A stretch of 64,000 bases of DNA from an uncultured bacterium (GCA_963732385.1 CAVSZB010000005.1:39742-103741), one strand, 5' to 3'. Shown: positions 25,934-36,053, counted from the first letter of the stretch. Made by a program: numbers and translations. Notes: a model not told the origin generated them from the letters alone.

Positions 25934-26003
25934 CCGGTGGCCCGCCCGCGACTCGCCCGTGGGCACCCGAGAGGACCACGCCCAGAAAGACAGGAGGGGA
26001 AAG

Positions 26004-26432
26004 ATGAGTTTCGCTCGCGAGGCGACGCTGTCGATCCTGGCCGGGGCGGCGGCCGGGGCTTGCGTTCTGGGGCTGGTCGGGCGGGCCGCCATGGCGGCCG
26101 TGGCGCTCGTCACCGGGAACGCTCTCAATCCGAGCCTGCGGGGCCTGCTCGAGGTGGCCGCCGCCGGGACGTTGCTGGGCATCCTTGGCGGACTGCTGCT
26201 TCTGGCCTGCAGAAGGATGCGGCGCATCAGGGACCTGGCGCCTGGCCGGATCGTCGGCGTCACATTGTTCCTGTGCTCGGTGCTTGCTTTCGGGGCGAAG
26301 GGCCGCATCGATTTCGGCTCGCCGGTCTCACTGCTGACGCTCGCCGTGGCGGCCATGATCTTCCTGGCCTACGGAATCGCCGCCGACAGCCTGCTGACCC
26401 GCTTCGCGGGCGGGGCCGGCGAAAAACGCTGA
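26004..26432 (+). CDS. Small hydrophobic membrane protein (~143 aa, 4 predicted TM segments)
   Basis: Hydrophobic segments run throughout. No recognisable motif. Confidence 0.4.
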   Translation: MSFAREATLSILAGAAAGACVLGLVGRAAMAAVALVTGNALNPSLRGLLEVAAAGTLLGILGGLLLLACRRMRRIRDLAPGRIVGVTLFLCSVLAFGAKGRIDFGSPVSLLTLAVAAMIFLAYGIAADSLLTRFAGGAGEKR

Positions 26433-26588
26433 CCAGCACAATCCAACGGCGGCGCCTGGACCGTTCCGTCCTGCGCTTGATCCTTGGCGTGTCCGGCGTT
26501 AGGATGCCCGCTCCGTTCGGGGTGTGCCCCACCGCCCGTCGACGGCCGGCGCAACACGTTGACCGCCCTATCTGAAAAGGACCTCCCC

Positions 26589-26909
26589 ATGCCACCCATG
26601 GGCCGTTTAGGCGACAAGTCGCAGGCTCCGGTCGATGTGCACGGGTGCCCGGCCTGTCCGCATCCGGTGATCGGGCCGGCCATCGTCGGGTCGCCGAACG
26701 TCATGGTGAACGGGATGCCGGCGCTGCGGGTCGGGGACAAGGGGATCCATGCCGTCTGCTGCGGGCCGAACACCTGGACCGCGACCGCCGGCAGCGCCAC
26801 GGTCATGATCAACAACCTGCCGGCGCATCGGATGGGTGACCAGGACCAGCATTGCGGCGGGCCCGGGACCCTCATCGAGGGCAGTCCGGACGTGATCGTC
26901 GGGGGCTGA
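26589..26909 (+). CDS. PAAR-domain protein (T6SS spike tip)
   Basis: Three PAAR-like repeats (PALRVGDK, PAHRMGDQ, GSPDVIVGG). 107 aa. Confidence 0.85.
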   Translation: MPPMGRLGDKSQAPVDVHGCPACPHPVIGPAIVGSPNVMVNGMPALRVGDKGIHAVCCGPNTWTATAGSATVMINNLPAHRMGDQDQHCGGPGTLIEGSPDVIVGG

Positions 26910-26921
26910 GACGGGGGGGCC

Positions 26922-27752
26922 ATGCCGGCACCGAATGCGCAGATGTTTTCCCAGCTCACCCGCACGAATTTCAGCGCGAAGGGCATTCTGATTCCGCTGG
27001 ACTGGGCGCCGCCGGGCGAGCAGTTCCCCGACGCGTTCGCGCCGGCGGAGCGGCAGGTCGCGCCAGGGTCGCCCACCGAGCTGTTCCATGCGGCCACCCT
27101 CAACAAATACCATGTCGATGCCGCCAGCGGCATGAGCGACAGGCTCGGCACCTACATCGACGGGGTCTGCGGGGCGATCTGCGGGGCGATCGGCAACTGG
27201 ATGCAGACCGCGATGGTCGCCGGGGCGCTCATCAACGGGCCGGTCGGGACGCTGCTGCCGGGCGGGGTCGTGGGGCCGCCTCTGCTGCCGCTCATTTTGG
27301 GGCAGGCGCCCAGGACGACGCCGCTCGAGACGCAGTACTCGCTGGCGATCGCCAACGCGTTCAGTTCGGCCTGGCAGGCGTGGCAGACGGGGCTGACCGG
27401 GATGCTGAGCTATCCGGCATTCGCGGCGGTGCCGTCGCCGGTGGCGCCGCCGATGCCCAACGTGCCGATGCCGCTGGTGACCTTCCCGTCGGCCGGCGAG
27501 GCGATGCTCTCCCCCGCCACGCTGCAGGCCTCGATGGTCGGGATGCTGGGCAATCCGACGGCGCAGCACGCGCCCGAGCTGTTCGACGCGCTGGCGCAGG
27601 CGTTCGGCATGGTGTTCCAGATGTTCAAGTCGACGACCATCGTGCAGAATGTGCTCGGCACCGGGCCGGTGCCGACGTTCGCGCCGCCGTTCGTGCCGGT
27701 GGGTCCGGTGCTGGCCGGCACCGTCATCCCCACGCCCGGGGTGTTCGTGTGA
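26922..27752 (+). CDS. Hypothetical protein (276 aa) between PAAR and DUF2169; candidate PAAR-associated cargo or chaperone
   Basis: No signal peptide. Pro/Ala-rich C-terminal half. Position only. Confidence 0.45.
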   Translation: MPAPNAQMFSQLTRTNFSAKGILIPLDWAPPGEQFPDAFAPAERQVAPGSPTELFHAATLNKYHVDAASGMSDRLGTYIDGVCGAICGAIGNWMQTAMVAGALINGPVGTLLPGGVVGPPLLPLILGQAPRTTPLETQYSLAIANAFSSAWQAWQTGLTGMLSYPAFAAVPSPVAPPMPNVPMPLVTFPSAGEAMLSPATLQASMVGMLGNPTAQHAPELFDALAQAFGMVFQMFKSTTIVQNVLGTGPVPTFAPPFVPVGPVLAGTVIPTPGVFV

Positions 27753-27777
27753 GCGACCGGCGGAGGGTCGCAGCGAC

Positions 27778-28902
27778 ATGAAGATCGTCAACGAGACGCC
27801 GTTCATCGCCGAGGCGCTGCCGTTTGTCTGGCCGGACGGACGGGCCGCGCTGACGATCATCCTCAAGGGGACGTTCACGATCCGTCCGGATGAGCCGGCC
27901 GAGCCGGCGATCGAGCAGCTGCCGATCCTGTTCGCCGACGCGCCGCTCGACCCGGAGAACCCGGCGCTGGGCGCCCGGTTCGAGGCCGACGTCGTCCCGT
28001 TCAAGCCGCGCGCCGACATCGTGCTGGTGGGCAAGGCGCACGCGCCGCCGCGCAAGCTGGCGCGGGCGCTCGACGCGGCGCTGCGCGTGGGCAAGGTGAA
28101 GAAGGTCGTGCGGGTGATCGGCGACCGCCACTGGACCTGCGGCGGACGCCTGCTGCCGGCCGCGTTCTCGGCGGCGGAGCCGTTCAAGAGCATGGACCTG
28201 GTCTACGCGCGCGCCTTCGGTGGCATCGACCAGAAGGGGGGCGGCTACTGCCGCTACAACCCCATCGGCCGCGGCTACATGGCCAAGAAGAGCAAGAGCG
28301 CGGTCGACGGCACGCCGCTGCCGAACGTGGAAGACCCGCGCCACCTGATCAGGAAGTGGGACAGCCGTCCGCGCCCCGCCGGTTTCGGCTTCACCGGCCG
28401 CGGCTGGCTGCCCCGCCTGCGCTACCTCGGCACCTACGACGAACGGTGGCGCAAGGAGCGGGCGCCGGCGCCGCCGGAGGACTTCCGCTTCGAGGCGTAC
28501 AACGGCGCGCATCCCGACCTGCAGGTGAAGGAATACCTGCGCGGCGACGAGGACGTGGAGCTGGTCCACCTCACGCCGGAGCCGCGCCTGCGCTTTTTGC
28601 TGCCGGCGGTGACGCCGGTCTGCGCGGTGCTGCGTCACGGCGCGGCGGTCGATCCGGTGCTCGCGCGAAAAGACGACGAGAAGGTCGACGAACCGCCGCC
28701 GCCCATCCCGCGCGACGGCGAAGAGCAGGTCGTCGACGAGCCGACGCCGGGCTCGTCGGCCGGCGAGCGGGTCGCGCTGAATCTCGACACGCTCGTGTTC
28801 GACCCCGAAGAGATGCGTTTCTATCAGGTCTGGCGGGGCGTCTTCCCGCTGGCCGACCCTGCGGCGCGCGAAGTGGCGGAGATCGGCGTCTGGCTGGCGT
28901 GA
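27778..28902 (+). CDS. DUF2169-domain protein (T6SS effector adaptor family)
   Basis: The N-terminus MKIVNETPFIAEALPFVWPDGRAALTIILKGTF is typical of DUF2169. It sits between PAAR and the PLD effector. Confidence 0.7.
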   Translation: MKIVNETPFIAEALPFVWPDGRAALTIILKGTFTIRPDEPAEPAIEQLPILFADAPLDPENPALGARFEADVVPFKPRADIVLVGKAHAPPRKLARALDAALRVGKVKKVVRVIGDRHWTCGGRLLPAAFSAAEPFKSMDLVYARAFGGIDQKGGGYCRYNPIGRGYMAKKSKSAVDGTPLPNVEDPRHLIRKWDSRPRPAGFGFTGRGWLPRLRYLGTYDERWRKERAPAPPEDFRFEAYNGAHPDLQVKEYLRGDEDVELVHLTPEPRLRFLLPAVTPVCAVLRHGAAVDPVLARKDDEKVDEPPPPIPRDGEEQVVDEPTPGSSAGERVALNLDTLVFDPEEMRFYQVWRGVFPLADPAAREVAEIGVWLA

Positions 28903-28951
28903 CGCGCCCGGCGTGCCGGCCGTCCGCCGTTTCGCGGCACGGAGTTGAGCG

Positions 28952-31900
28952 ATGGCGAACGAGGTCCACCTCACCGGGCAGAACGTCCTCGACCCGCCCC
29001 CCCGGGACCGCTGGTTCGTCGACTACCTGCCGCTGTGCGGCGGCGACGAACTCACCTACTACGTCGACGGCGAGAGCTATGCCACCGACCTGCACGCCGC
29101 CCTCACCGGGGCCGCGCAGGAGATCTGCCTGACCGGCCTGCACTTCAGCGGCCACTTCCACCTCAAGCGGCCGGGCGGCTGCGATCCCCTGAAGCAGGAC
29201 GATCCCGACACGCTGCAGGAGATCCTGGCGGCCCGCAGCAAGGCCGGCTGCGAGATCTATCTGCTGGTGAACCAGTTCTGGCCGGACGAAGGGAAGCTCG
29301 CCGCCAACTACTGGCGCGCCTACCGGGATCTCGACAAGCTGCTCTGGAAGATGCCCAGCGCGATCCGCGGCACGATCATGGCCTCGGGCGGGATTCCCGA
29401 CTACCTGGAGCGGACGTTCGCCTTCTTCAAGTACCTCAAAGACCACGGCAACGCGGCGAAGATCCACTGCTACACCGACATCCACCAGGGCTACATCTTC
29501 CACAGCAACCACCAGAAGACGATCATCGTCGACCGCAAAACCGCCTTCTGGGGCGGCATCGACCTGACCGACATCGACGGCGACCGTTGGGACGCCGCCG
29601 CCCATACGCCGGGCAACAAGCTGCGCAACTTCGACAAGCCCGAGCGCAACTGGCACGACCTGCAGATGCGGGCCGTCAAGCCGCAGGGCGCCAAAGTCAG
29701 CGCCGTCGACTACGTCTACGCCAACTTCCTGGCGCGCTACAACCACGGCTACCTCTACACGCCGTGGCGCAACGGGCAGGGCGTGCTCGAGGCGAAGCAG
29801 GAGAGCGGCTTCCCCAGGCTGTCGCCGCCCGGCGGCAAGACCGCGCAAGACTACGTGCCGAAGAAGCATTGGTACTACCCGCGGCAGCGCGAGCGCTACC
29901 AGAAGCAGAACGTGCTGGCGTGGCCGCTCGTCCAGGTGGTCCGCTCCATGCCGGCGGGCGCCGGCGGCAACTACGCCCGCAACCAGCATCCGCTCTGGAA
30001 CGAGCTGCGGGTCGCGGTGCAGCCCGACCCGGATTTCCCGCCGCAGTACGTCAACCCCGCGTTCGAGCACTCCGCGCGCGACGCCTACCTCAAGGGGATC
30101 GCCGCCGCCGAGAAGTTCATCTACCTCGAGAACCAGTGGGTGGCCGACGACAGGATCTGGGCCGCGCTGTTCGCCGCCGCCGAGAAGCATGGCGCCGAGG
30201 CCGACTTCCGGCTGCTCGTCGTCCTGCCCAAGAAGTTCCTGGCCGCGGCCGGCTTCGGCAGCGAGCAGACGATCGACCTCAACCCGTACGTGGAGAAGCT
30301 CGCCCGCATCTTCAAGGCCAAGGGGCGGCCGGAGAACTTCGGCCTGTTCAGCATTTTGCAGCCGGCGGCCCACCAGGACCCGGTGCGCGATCAGACGCAG
30401 GTGCCGGAGTGCGTCTGGGACTACATGTACGTGCACTCCAAGCTGCTGATCGTGGACGACTGCTGGGCGCTGCTCGGCTCGGCCAACGCCGGCGGCATCT
30501 CGCTGACCGGCCTGGGCACGACGAGCGAGCCCGACACGGAGCTGTCGGCCATCGTGCTCGACGAACGGGACGACGGCTCGCTCGTCAAACAGCTGCGCAA
30601 GAAGCTCTGGGCCGAGCACCTCGGGGTGGCCGAAGGGAACGTGGCCGACTACAAGACCGGCGCCGACCTGTTCCACAAGCAGGCGAAGGAGCAGGCGTTC
30701 AACACGACGAGCGCCAGGCGCGCGCACTACAACCTGCTCTACTACCCCTCCTCCCCCAAGGCCGCCGCCGCGCCCAACCAGGGGGTGTGGCGCCACCTCA
30801 AGTGGGCGCAGATCCAGCACCAGGTGAAGGCGCGCGTGGCCGACCCCGACGCCATCCACCAGACCTACTACAACCTGAGCGGCCCGCTCACGGCCGTGCA
30901 CATGCTGCTCGAGCGCGATCCGTCGCGGTACGAGAAGCTGGTGGCCAATCTCTACAAGACCGGCGTCGACAAGGCGTGCGACGTGCGCCTGCAAATGCCC
31001 AACCCCCACCTGCACGACGTGCCGGTCCTGGTGCGGCCGCAGGAGCTGGTCGAGTTCGCCGTCGAATCCGAGCACCCGATCCTCGAGGTCGACTGGATGG
31101 TCGGCGGCGCGCTCACCGACAGCGCCAACTGGGTGCTCGACTACCAGGGCTCCGTGTCCGAGACCACGGCCACGGTCTGCTCCAACGGCGACATGGTGCG
31201 GCACCTCAAGAAGACCATCCCCTGCCAGGGCGGCGTCACCCACCTGAGCTGCGAGAGCTACGGCGAGCTGAAGGAGGCGCAGAAGGCGAGCCTGCTGCTG
31301 GGCACCGGCGCGCCGACGAAGCCGCACACGGTGTTCGGCGCGGTCAAGATCGGCACGGCGCTGCTGCTGCAGCGCGACGACGCGGCGGTCGAGCGCGACA
31401 AGGGCGTGGCCAACCGCGACCTGGGCGACCCGAAGTACTGGATCAGCCGCGTGACCGACAACCCGTGGCTGCAGCTCAGGCGCGACCGCGCCTACCCGCT
31501 CTACCCCGGCGTGCTGACCCCGTACGACGTGAAGCACATCCTGGGCGACCGGATGTACGTGCGCCTGCTCCAGCCGCTCGAGTTCAAGTACGACGGCGAC
31601 AAGATCACCCACGTGCGGATGAGCTTCTGGACCTGGGGCCACCGCTCCACGCTCGAGGTGCCGGCCGCGCTGTTCGCCAAGCAGGTCTACGGCTTCTTCA
31701 TCGGCTACTACACCAACGGCGCGCGCGCGCGGGCCGAAGAGAAGTTCCGGCTGCGCGCCGACAGGGTGAAGCTCAAGGCCGGCTGGCAGCGCGACTACGT
31801 GCACGACGACTGCGACGGCAGCAAGCTGACCGTGACCTGCGTCAGCGGCTCGCTGCGGGTGGAGCTGGCGCGGGCCGTCTGGTCGACGTGGGAGGTCGTG

Positions 31901-32041
31901 CGGACCGTCACCGTCGGCGCGGGGCAGTCGGTCCCGCTGGAGATCGGCGAGGCCTCGAAGGTCAACGACCAGGACGACCGGGCCAGGATCACGGCCCTGG
32001 CGGATGCGGAATACTCGCTCGACATGAAGAGCTGGACCTAG
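28952..32041 (+). CDS. Phospholipase D superfamily protein with two HKD motifs (Tle5/PldA-like T6SS lipase effector), 1029 aa
   Basis: HKD motif 1 HQKTIIVD...GGIDL and motif 2 HSKLLIVDD..GSANAGGIS. The size and PAAR/DUF2169 context match T6SS PLD effectors. Confidence 0.8.
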   Translation: MANEVHLTGQNVLDPPPRDRWFVDYLPLCGGDELTYYVDGESYATDLHAALTGAAQEICLTGLHFSGHFHLKRPGGCDPLKQDDPDTLQEILAARSKAGCEIYLLVNQFWPDEGKLAANYWRAYRDLDKLLWKMPSAIRGTIMASGGIPDYLERTFAFFKYLKDHGNAAKIHCYTDIHQGYIFHSNHQKTIIVDRKTAFWGGIDLTDIDGDRWDAAAHTPGNKLRNFDKPERNWHDLQMRAVKPQGAKVSAVDYVYANFLARYNHGYLYTPWRNGQGVLEAKQESGFPRLSPPGGKTAQDYVPKKHWYYPRQRERYQKQNVLAWPLVQVVRSMPAGAGGNYARNQHPLWNELRVAVQPDPDFPPQYVNPAFEHSARDAYLKGIAAAEKFIYLENQWVADDRIWAALFAAAEKHGAEADFRLLVVLPKKFLAAAGFGSEQTIDLNPYVEKLARIFKAKGRPENFGLFSILQPAAHQDPVRDQTQVPECVWDYMYVHSKLLIVDDCWALLGSANAGGISLTGLGTTSEPDTELSAIVLDERDDGSLVKQLRKKLWAEHLGVAEGNVADYKTGADLFHKQAKEQAFNTTSARRAHYNLLYYPSSPKAAAAPNQGVWRHLKWAQIQHQVKARVADPDAIHQTYYNLSGPLTAVHMLLERDPSRYEKLVANLYKTGVDKACDVRLQMPNPHLHDVPVLVRPQELVEFAVESEHPILEVDWMVGGALTDSANWVLDYQGSVSETTATVCSNGDMVRHLKKTIPCQGGVTHLSCESYGELKEAQKASLLLGTGAPTKPHTVFGAVKIGTALLLQRDDAAVERDKGVANRDLGDPKYWISRVTDNPWLQLRRDRAYPLYPGVLTPYDVKHILGDRMYVRLLQPLEFKYDGDKITHVRMSFWTWGHRSTLEVPAALFAKQVYGFFIGYYTNGARARAEEKFRLRADRVKLKAGWQRDYVHDDCDGSKLTVTCVSGSLRVELARAVWSTWEVVRTVTVGAGQSVPLEIGEASKVNDQDDRARITALADAEYSLDMKSWT

Positions 32042-32051
32042 GCGGCGGACA

Positions 32052-32663
32052 ATGGCACGCATCGAAATCGATCAGGGCGACTGCATCTCCAGTCTCGCGG
32101 CACGGCACGGGGTGCCGTGGGAGGCCATCTGGGACCATCCGGACAACGCCGACCTCAAGTCGCGGCGCGGGGATCCCAACGCCCTGCTGCCGGGCGACGT
32201 CGTGATCGTGCCCGATCCGCAGCTGAAGCAGGAATCGGGCGGCTCCGACACCCGGCATCGCTTCCGGCGCAAGGGGGCCGCTCCGCTGCTGCGGGTGCGC
32301 CTGCTCAAGGGGGGCGAGGCGTGGGCGAACGAGAAGTTCCGCGCCGTGATCGACGGGGCCTGGCAGGAGGGGACGACCGGCCCGGACGGGATGGCCGAGC
32401 TCAAGGTGCCGCCGGCCGCGCAAGGCGGCGCCATCCACATCGGCCCGGCCGACCGGCAGGACATCTACCACTTCCGGCTCGGGCACCTCGACCCGCTCGA
32501 CACCGACTCGGGCGTCCGCCAGCGGCTGGCCTGCCTCGGCTACGCCGTGGGCGAGGAAGCGGCCGGCGCGATCCGGGCCTTCCAGGCGGCCGAGGGGCTG
32601 ACCGAGTCGGGCCAGGCCGACGGCGCCATGCAGGCCAGACTCAAGGAGCGTTACGGGCGATGA
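32052..32663 (+). CDS. LysM + PG_binding_1 protein, paralog 1
   Basis: N-terminal LysM (IEIDQGDCISSLAARHGVPWEAIW...LLPGDVVIVP), C-terminal peptidoglycan-binding repeat (GVRQRLACLGY..AIRAFQAAEGL). No signal peptide. Confidence 0.7.
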   Translation: MARIEIDQGDCISSLAARHGVPWEAIWDHPDNADLKSRRGDPNALLPGDVVIVPDPQLKQESGGSDTRHRFRRKGAAPLLRVRLLKGGEAWANEKFRAVIDGAWQEGTTGPDGMAELKVPPAAQGGAIHIGPADRQDIYHFRLGHLDPLDTDSGVRQRLACLGYAVGEEAAGAIRAFQAAEGLTESGQADGAMQARLKERYGR

Positions 32664-33172
32664 ACGACCTGCCGCTCGGCAAGACGGTGCCGAAAGGGAA
32701 GGCGCACGGCGCGCTCGACGCACCGGTGATCGAAGTGTTCTTCCAGAAGTCGCCGGGCCGGGGCCTGGCACCCGACCAGGGCATCGCCGACCTTGAATAC
32801 GAGGTCCGCATCGGCGGCAAGACAACGCAGACCGGCAAGACCGGCAAGGACGGGCTGATCAAGGTGACGGCCACGGGCCCGGAGATCACGCTCGACCTGC
32901 GCGCGGGGGGCAGGACCGTCGCGAGCTACAAGCTGACCTGGACCGACGACCCGCTGGAGGCGGCCGCCACCCTGGAGGGACGGCAGCGGCGCCTGCGGCT
33001 GCTCGGCTACCAGATCGGGCACGCCGGAGCCGACGGGAGCGGCGTGGACGGCGTCACCGGCGGGGCGACCGAGCGCTCGATCCTCGATTTCCAGGTCGAC
33101 CACGGGCTCGCCGCGGACGCGGCCGTCGGGAACAACACGCAGAAGCGCCTGGTGAAGGAAGCGGGGGCCTGA
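32660..33172 (+). CDS. PG_binding_1-domain protein (170 aa)
   Basis: ATGA overlap with the upstream gene. C-terminal LLGYQIGHAGADGSGVDGVTGGATERSILDFQVDHGL. No signal peptide. Confidence 0.6.
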   Translation: MNDLPLGKTVPKGKAHGALDAPVIEVFFQKSPGRGLAPDQGIADLEYEVRIGGKTTQTGKTGKDGLIKVTATGPEITLDLRAGGRTVASYKLTWTDDPLEAAATLEGRQRRLRLLGYQIGHAGADGSGVDGVTGGATERSILDFQVDHGLAADAAVGNNTQKRLVKEAGA

Positions 33173-33176
33173 AGCG

Positions 33177-34319
33177 ATGGACACGATCTCCGTCAGGGTC
33201 TTCCGGAAGCTGCAGGTCGTGGCGCCGGTGCGCTTCGCGCGCGCGGCCACCGGCAACCCGCGGCGGGACCGCCCCGATCCCGACGACCGCGGCTTCGCCA
33301 TGGGCCACCGGCCGGGATCGTGGCAGAAGTCCGACGCGCGCGGCCCGATGCTCGGCCTGACCGCCGGCGACGAGGTCACGCTGAAGGTCCTGCGCGAGGA
33401 CATCAGCGCCGACGCCCCCATCCACATCACCAGCAGCGAGCCGGGCGTGGTGACCGTCACCTCCCCTGTCGCGGGCACCCCCGTCGGGGCCGACGGCGAG
33501 TTCACGATCAAGGCGGCCGACAAGCCGGCCAACGCGCCGGCCAAGATCCAGGCGCGGCTCGGTTCCGCGACCGGGCCGGTGCTCGGCGAGCTGGAGCCGC
33601 ACGTCTTCGCGCTGCGCTGGGTGCGGGTGCTCGCCCACCTGGTGACGATCGACGGCACGGCGACCACCCGCACCGCGGATTCGCTCGTGGCGCACTTCCG
33701 GCAGGTGAACGACATCTGGCGCCCGTGCGGGGTGCAGTTCATCTACGTGAAGGCCGCGACCGTCACCGAGCGGATCACCGGCACGCGGTACCGGCGCCGG
33801 GACGGCACCATGGCCGCCCTGCCGGCACCGCTCGGCCCGGGCGGCAGCTACGCCGCCGCCGGCACGGTCACCACGAACCTCGGCGCCTCGCACTGGGAGG
33901 AATTCTCCACCCTGCTGCAGATCTACCCGGCGGCCAACGCGGTGAACGTCTACTTCGTCGGCGCGGCGCCCGAGTGGAACGGCCTGACGTACGATCACGA
34001 CATCCCGCGGCCCAACGGCTACGGCATCGCGATCGCCGACGCGGCCTCCGCCACGGACACGGCGCACGAGCTCGGGCACTTCCTGAACCTCGACCGCCAC
34101 TCGGACGAGAACGCCACGGGCGCGATCGTCCGTCGCGACATGTGGAACATCCGGCGTCTCATGTACAGCGTCTGGCCCCCGGCGACCCCGGCGCACAGGC
34201 ACGACGTCGGCTACGGTCCCAACCGCTACGGGGCGGTGATCTCCCTGAAAGACCTGCCGCGTGAGGCCAGCGACGGCGAGTGCCAGCGGGCGCGCAGTCG
34301 GGCCGCCAACCCCTACTGA
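33177..34319 (+). CDS. HExxH zinc-metallopeptidase-like protein, candidate T6SS effector
   Basis: TAHELGHFLNLDRHSDE (HExxH plus a downstream His/Asp). No signal peptide. It lies 5 nt after the PG-binding gene. Confidence 0.55.
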   Translation: MDTISVRVFRKLQVVAPVRFARAATGNPRRDRPDPDDRGFAMGHRPGSWQKSDARGPMLGLTAGDEVTLKVLREDISADAPIHITSSEPGVVTVTSPVAGTPVGADGEFTIKAADKPANAPAKIQARLGSATGPVLGELEPHVFALRWVRVLAHLVTIDGTATTRTADSLVAHFRQVNDIWRPCGVQFIYVKAATVTERITGTRYRRRDGTMAALPAPLGPGGSYAAAGTVTTNLGASHWEEFSTLLQIYPAANAVNVYFVGAAPEWNGLTYDHDIPRPNGYGIAIADAASATDTAHELGHFLNLDRHSDENATGAIVRRDMWNIRRLMYSVWPPATPAHRHDVGYGPNRYGAVISLKDLPREASDGECQRARSRAANPY

Positions 34320-34369
34320 GCGGCGGAGAGGGCGCGCGGCGCCGGGCCGCGCGCAGACGGTGGAAACGG

Positions 34370-35281
34370 ATGCAGAAACGCTTGCGAAGCGGTGAACTGG
34401 CGGTCGCGGCCCTGGCGCTGCTGGTCCTCTCCTGCGGGGGGAACCGCGATCACGCGGATCGGCGCGACACGAAAGGCGACGCGGCGACGTCGGCAAGCCC
34501 GAAGGGAACAGCCATGCAACAGGCACAGATCATCGAGCGCATCCGGCAGGGGGACGGCTCCGTCATCGACGAGGTCGCCCCGCTCGGCCCCGGCATCACG
34601 CGGGACCTCATCCCCCTGACAAGCGACGCCGACCCCGAGGTGCGCGAACTGGCCCTCTACTGCCTCAACGAGGCGGGCGGCCCCGAGGCGCCGGCCGTGT
34701 TCGCCGCCGCGCTGCGCGACACGGTGGACACCGTCCGCTACCGGGCCTGCCTCTTCCTGCACCGCCACCACACCCCGTCGCAGGGCCCCGAACTGCTGCG
34801 GCTGCTGCGCGACGAGCCCGATCCGTACGTGCGCGGCGAGCTGGCGCTGATCCTCGCGGAGATGGGCGACCGGGAGGCCACGCCGCTGCTGCGGGCGCGC
34901 CTGCCCCACGAGCCCGACCCGGAAGCGCGCGACAAGCACCGGCTGGCCCTGGCCCGTCTGGAGGACGGCCAGGAGCGTCGCGACATCCACGCGGCCCTCG
35001 CCGACGCCAGCGTGGAGGTCCGTTACCGGGCGCTGCGGGACTTCGCCTACCTGGGCGACCGGACGCAGGCGTCGCGCCTGCTGCCGCTGCTCGACGACGA
35101 GCGGCCGGCCGAGAACGTGGCGCCCGGAGGCCACGCCCGTTTTGTCCGCCTGTGCGACGTCACGGTGCGCACGCTCGACGCGCTGCTCGCGCACCCGTTC
35201 CCGTTCCCGGTGGAGTTCACGAAGCAGTACTCGCCGGAGGAGATCCGGCAGGCGAAGGAAGTGCTGGCCACGCCCCGCTGA
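34370..35281 (+). CDS. HEAT-repeat lipoprotein (candidate periplasmic immunity protein)
   Basis: Signal peptide plus lipobox (LLVLSCGG). Repeated DPEVRELALYCL / DPYVRGELALILAEMG HEAT/PBS-lyase-like repeats. Confidence 0.55.
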   Translation: MQKRLRSGELAVAALALLVLSCGGNRDHADRRDTKGDAATSASPKGTAMQQAQIIERIRQGDGSVIDEVAPLGPGITRDLIPLTSDADPEVRELALYCLNEAGGPEAPAVFAAALRDTVDTVRYRACLFLHRHHTPSQGPELLRLLRDEPDPYVRGELALILAEMGDREATPLLRARLPHEPDPEARDKHRLALARLEDGQERRDIHAALADASVEVRYRALRDFAYLGDRTQASRLLPLLDDERPAENVAPGGHARFVRLCDVTVRTLDALLAHPFPFPVEFTKQYSPEEIRQAKEVLATPR

Positions 35282-35302
35282 GCCGCGCGGCGCGCGGCCG
35301 CC

Positions 35303-36043
35303 TCAGCAGCCGTGCAGCTCGACGAGCTTGTCGCGGACGGCCTGGTCGATCTCGCCGCTGGCCTCGAGCCCGTTGCGCTCCTGGAACTCCCTCAGGGCGG
35401 CCCGCAGTTCCGGTGTCATCTCGTCGCTCCGGCCGCAGCGATAGCCGAGGTTCTCGAGGCGCTTGCACACGCCGGCGATCTGGTCGACCGGGTCCATGTC
35501 CCCCAGCCTCAGCGCGAAGACCTCCTGCCGGCTCGTGCCGGGCCGCACGACCAGCCGCCCCCGGCGCGCGCCGGGCGGGATGCGGCATTCGATGCGGCCG
35601 TCGCCGTCGGTGGTGCCGTCGGTGAGGATCCCGTCGACCTCCAGCACGTACGGCACGTTGGCGCGGGGCGACGGCGCGGCCGGGGCGGACGCGGCGGCGC
35701 CGGTTCCGCCTGACGCGGCCGCCGCGGGGTCCCTGAGCTGGAAGCGGAGCATGCCGGTCTCGCCGCGCCGCCTGAAGCGGTGCAGGCTGCCGGCCGGGCC
35801 CGTCTCCTGTTTCGGTCGCGGCTCCGGTATCGTGATCCGGTCGCCCGCCAGCAGGACGTGCGGGTTCCCGCGCACCCGCTTCAGCTCGGCGTTCTCCGGC
35901 AGGTCCCACAGGGTCCGCCAGAAGAAGCCGTGGCTCGCGGCGATGCTGTCGAGGCAGTCGCCCGCCTCGACGACGTAGTCCCCCTGCCCCACCGGGCCGG
36001 ACGGGGGCGGTGAAGCGGCGCCGGGCGCGGAATTGCCGGTCAT
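35303..36043 (-). CDS. LysM + PG_binding_1 protein, paralog 2
   Basis: Same architecture as paralogs 1 and 3 (YVVEAGDCLDSIAASHGF ... GVCKRLENLGY..ALREFQERNGL). Confidence 0.7.
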   Translation of the reverse strand: MTGNSAPGAASPPPSGPVGQGDYVVEAGDCLDSIAASHGFFWRTLWDLPENAELKRVRGNPHVLLAGDRITIPEPRPKQETGPAGSLHRFRRRGETGMLRFQLRDPAAAASGGTGAAASAPAAPSPRANVPYVLEVDGILTDGTTDGDGRIECRIPPGARRGRLVVRPGTSRQEVFALRLGDMDPVDQIAGVCKRLENLGYRCGRSDEMTPELRAALREFQERNGLEASGEIDQAVRDKLVELHGC

Positions 36044-36053
36044 CGACGGCTCC

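Noticed and set aside
26922-27752. Assigning the 276-aa PAAR-adjacent protein as an effector
   Set aside because: It has no catalytic motif or recognisable domain, so it is left as hypothetical.
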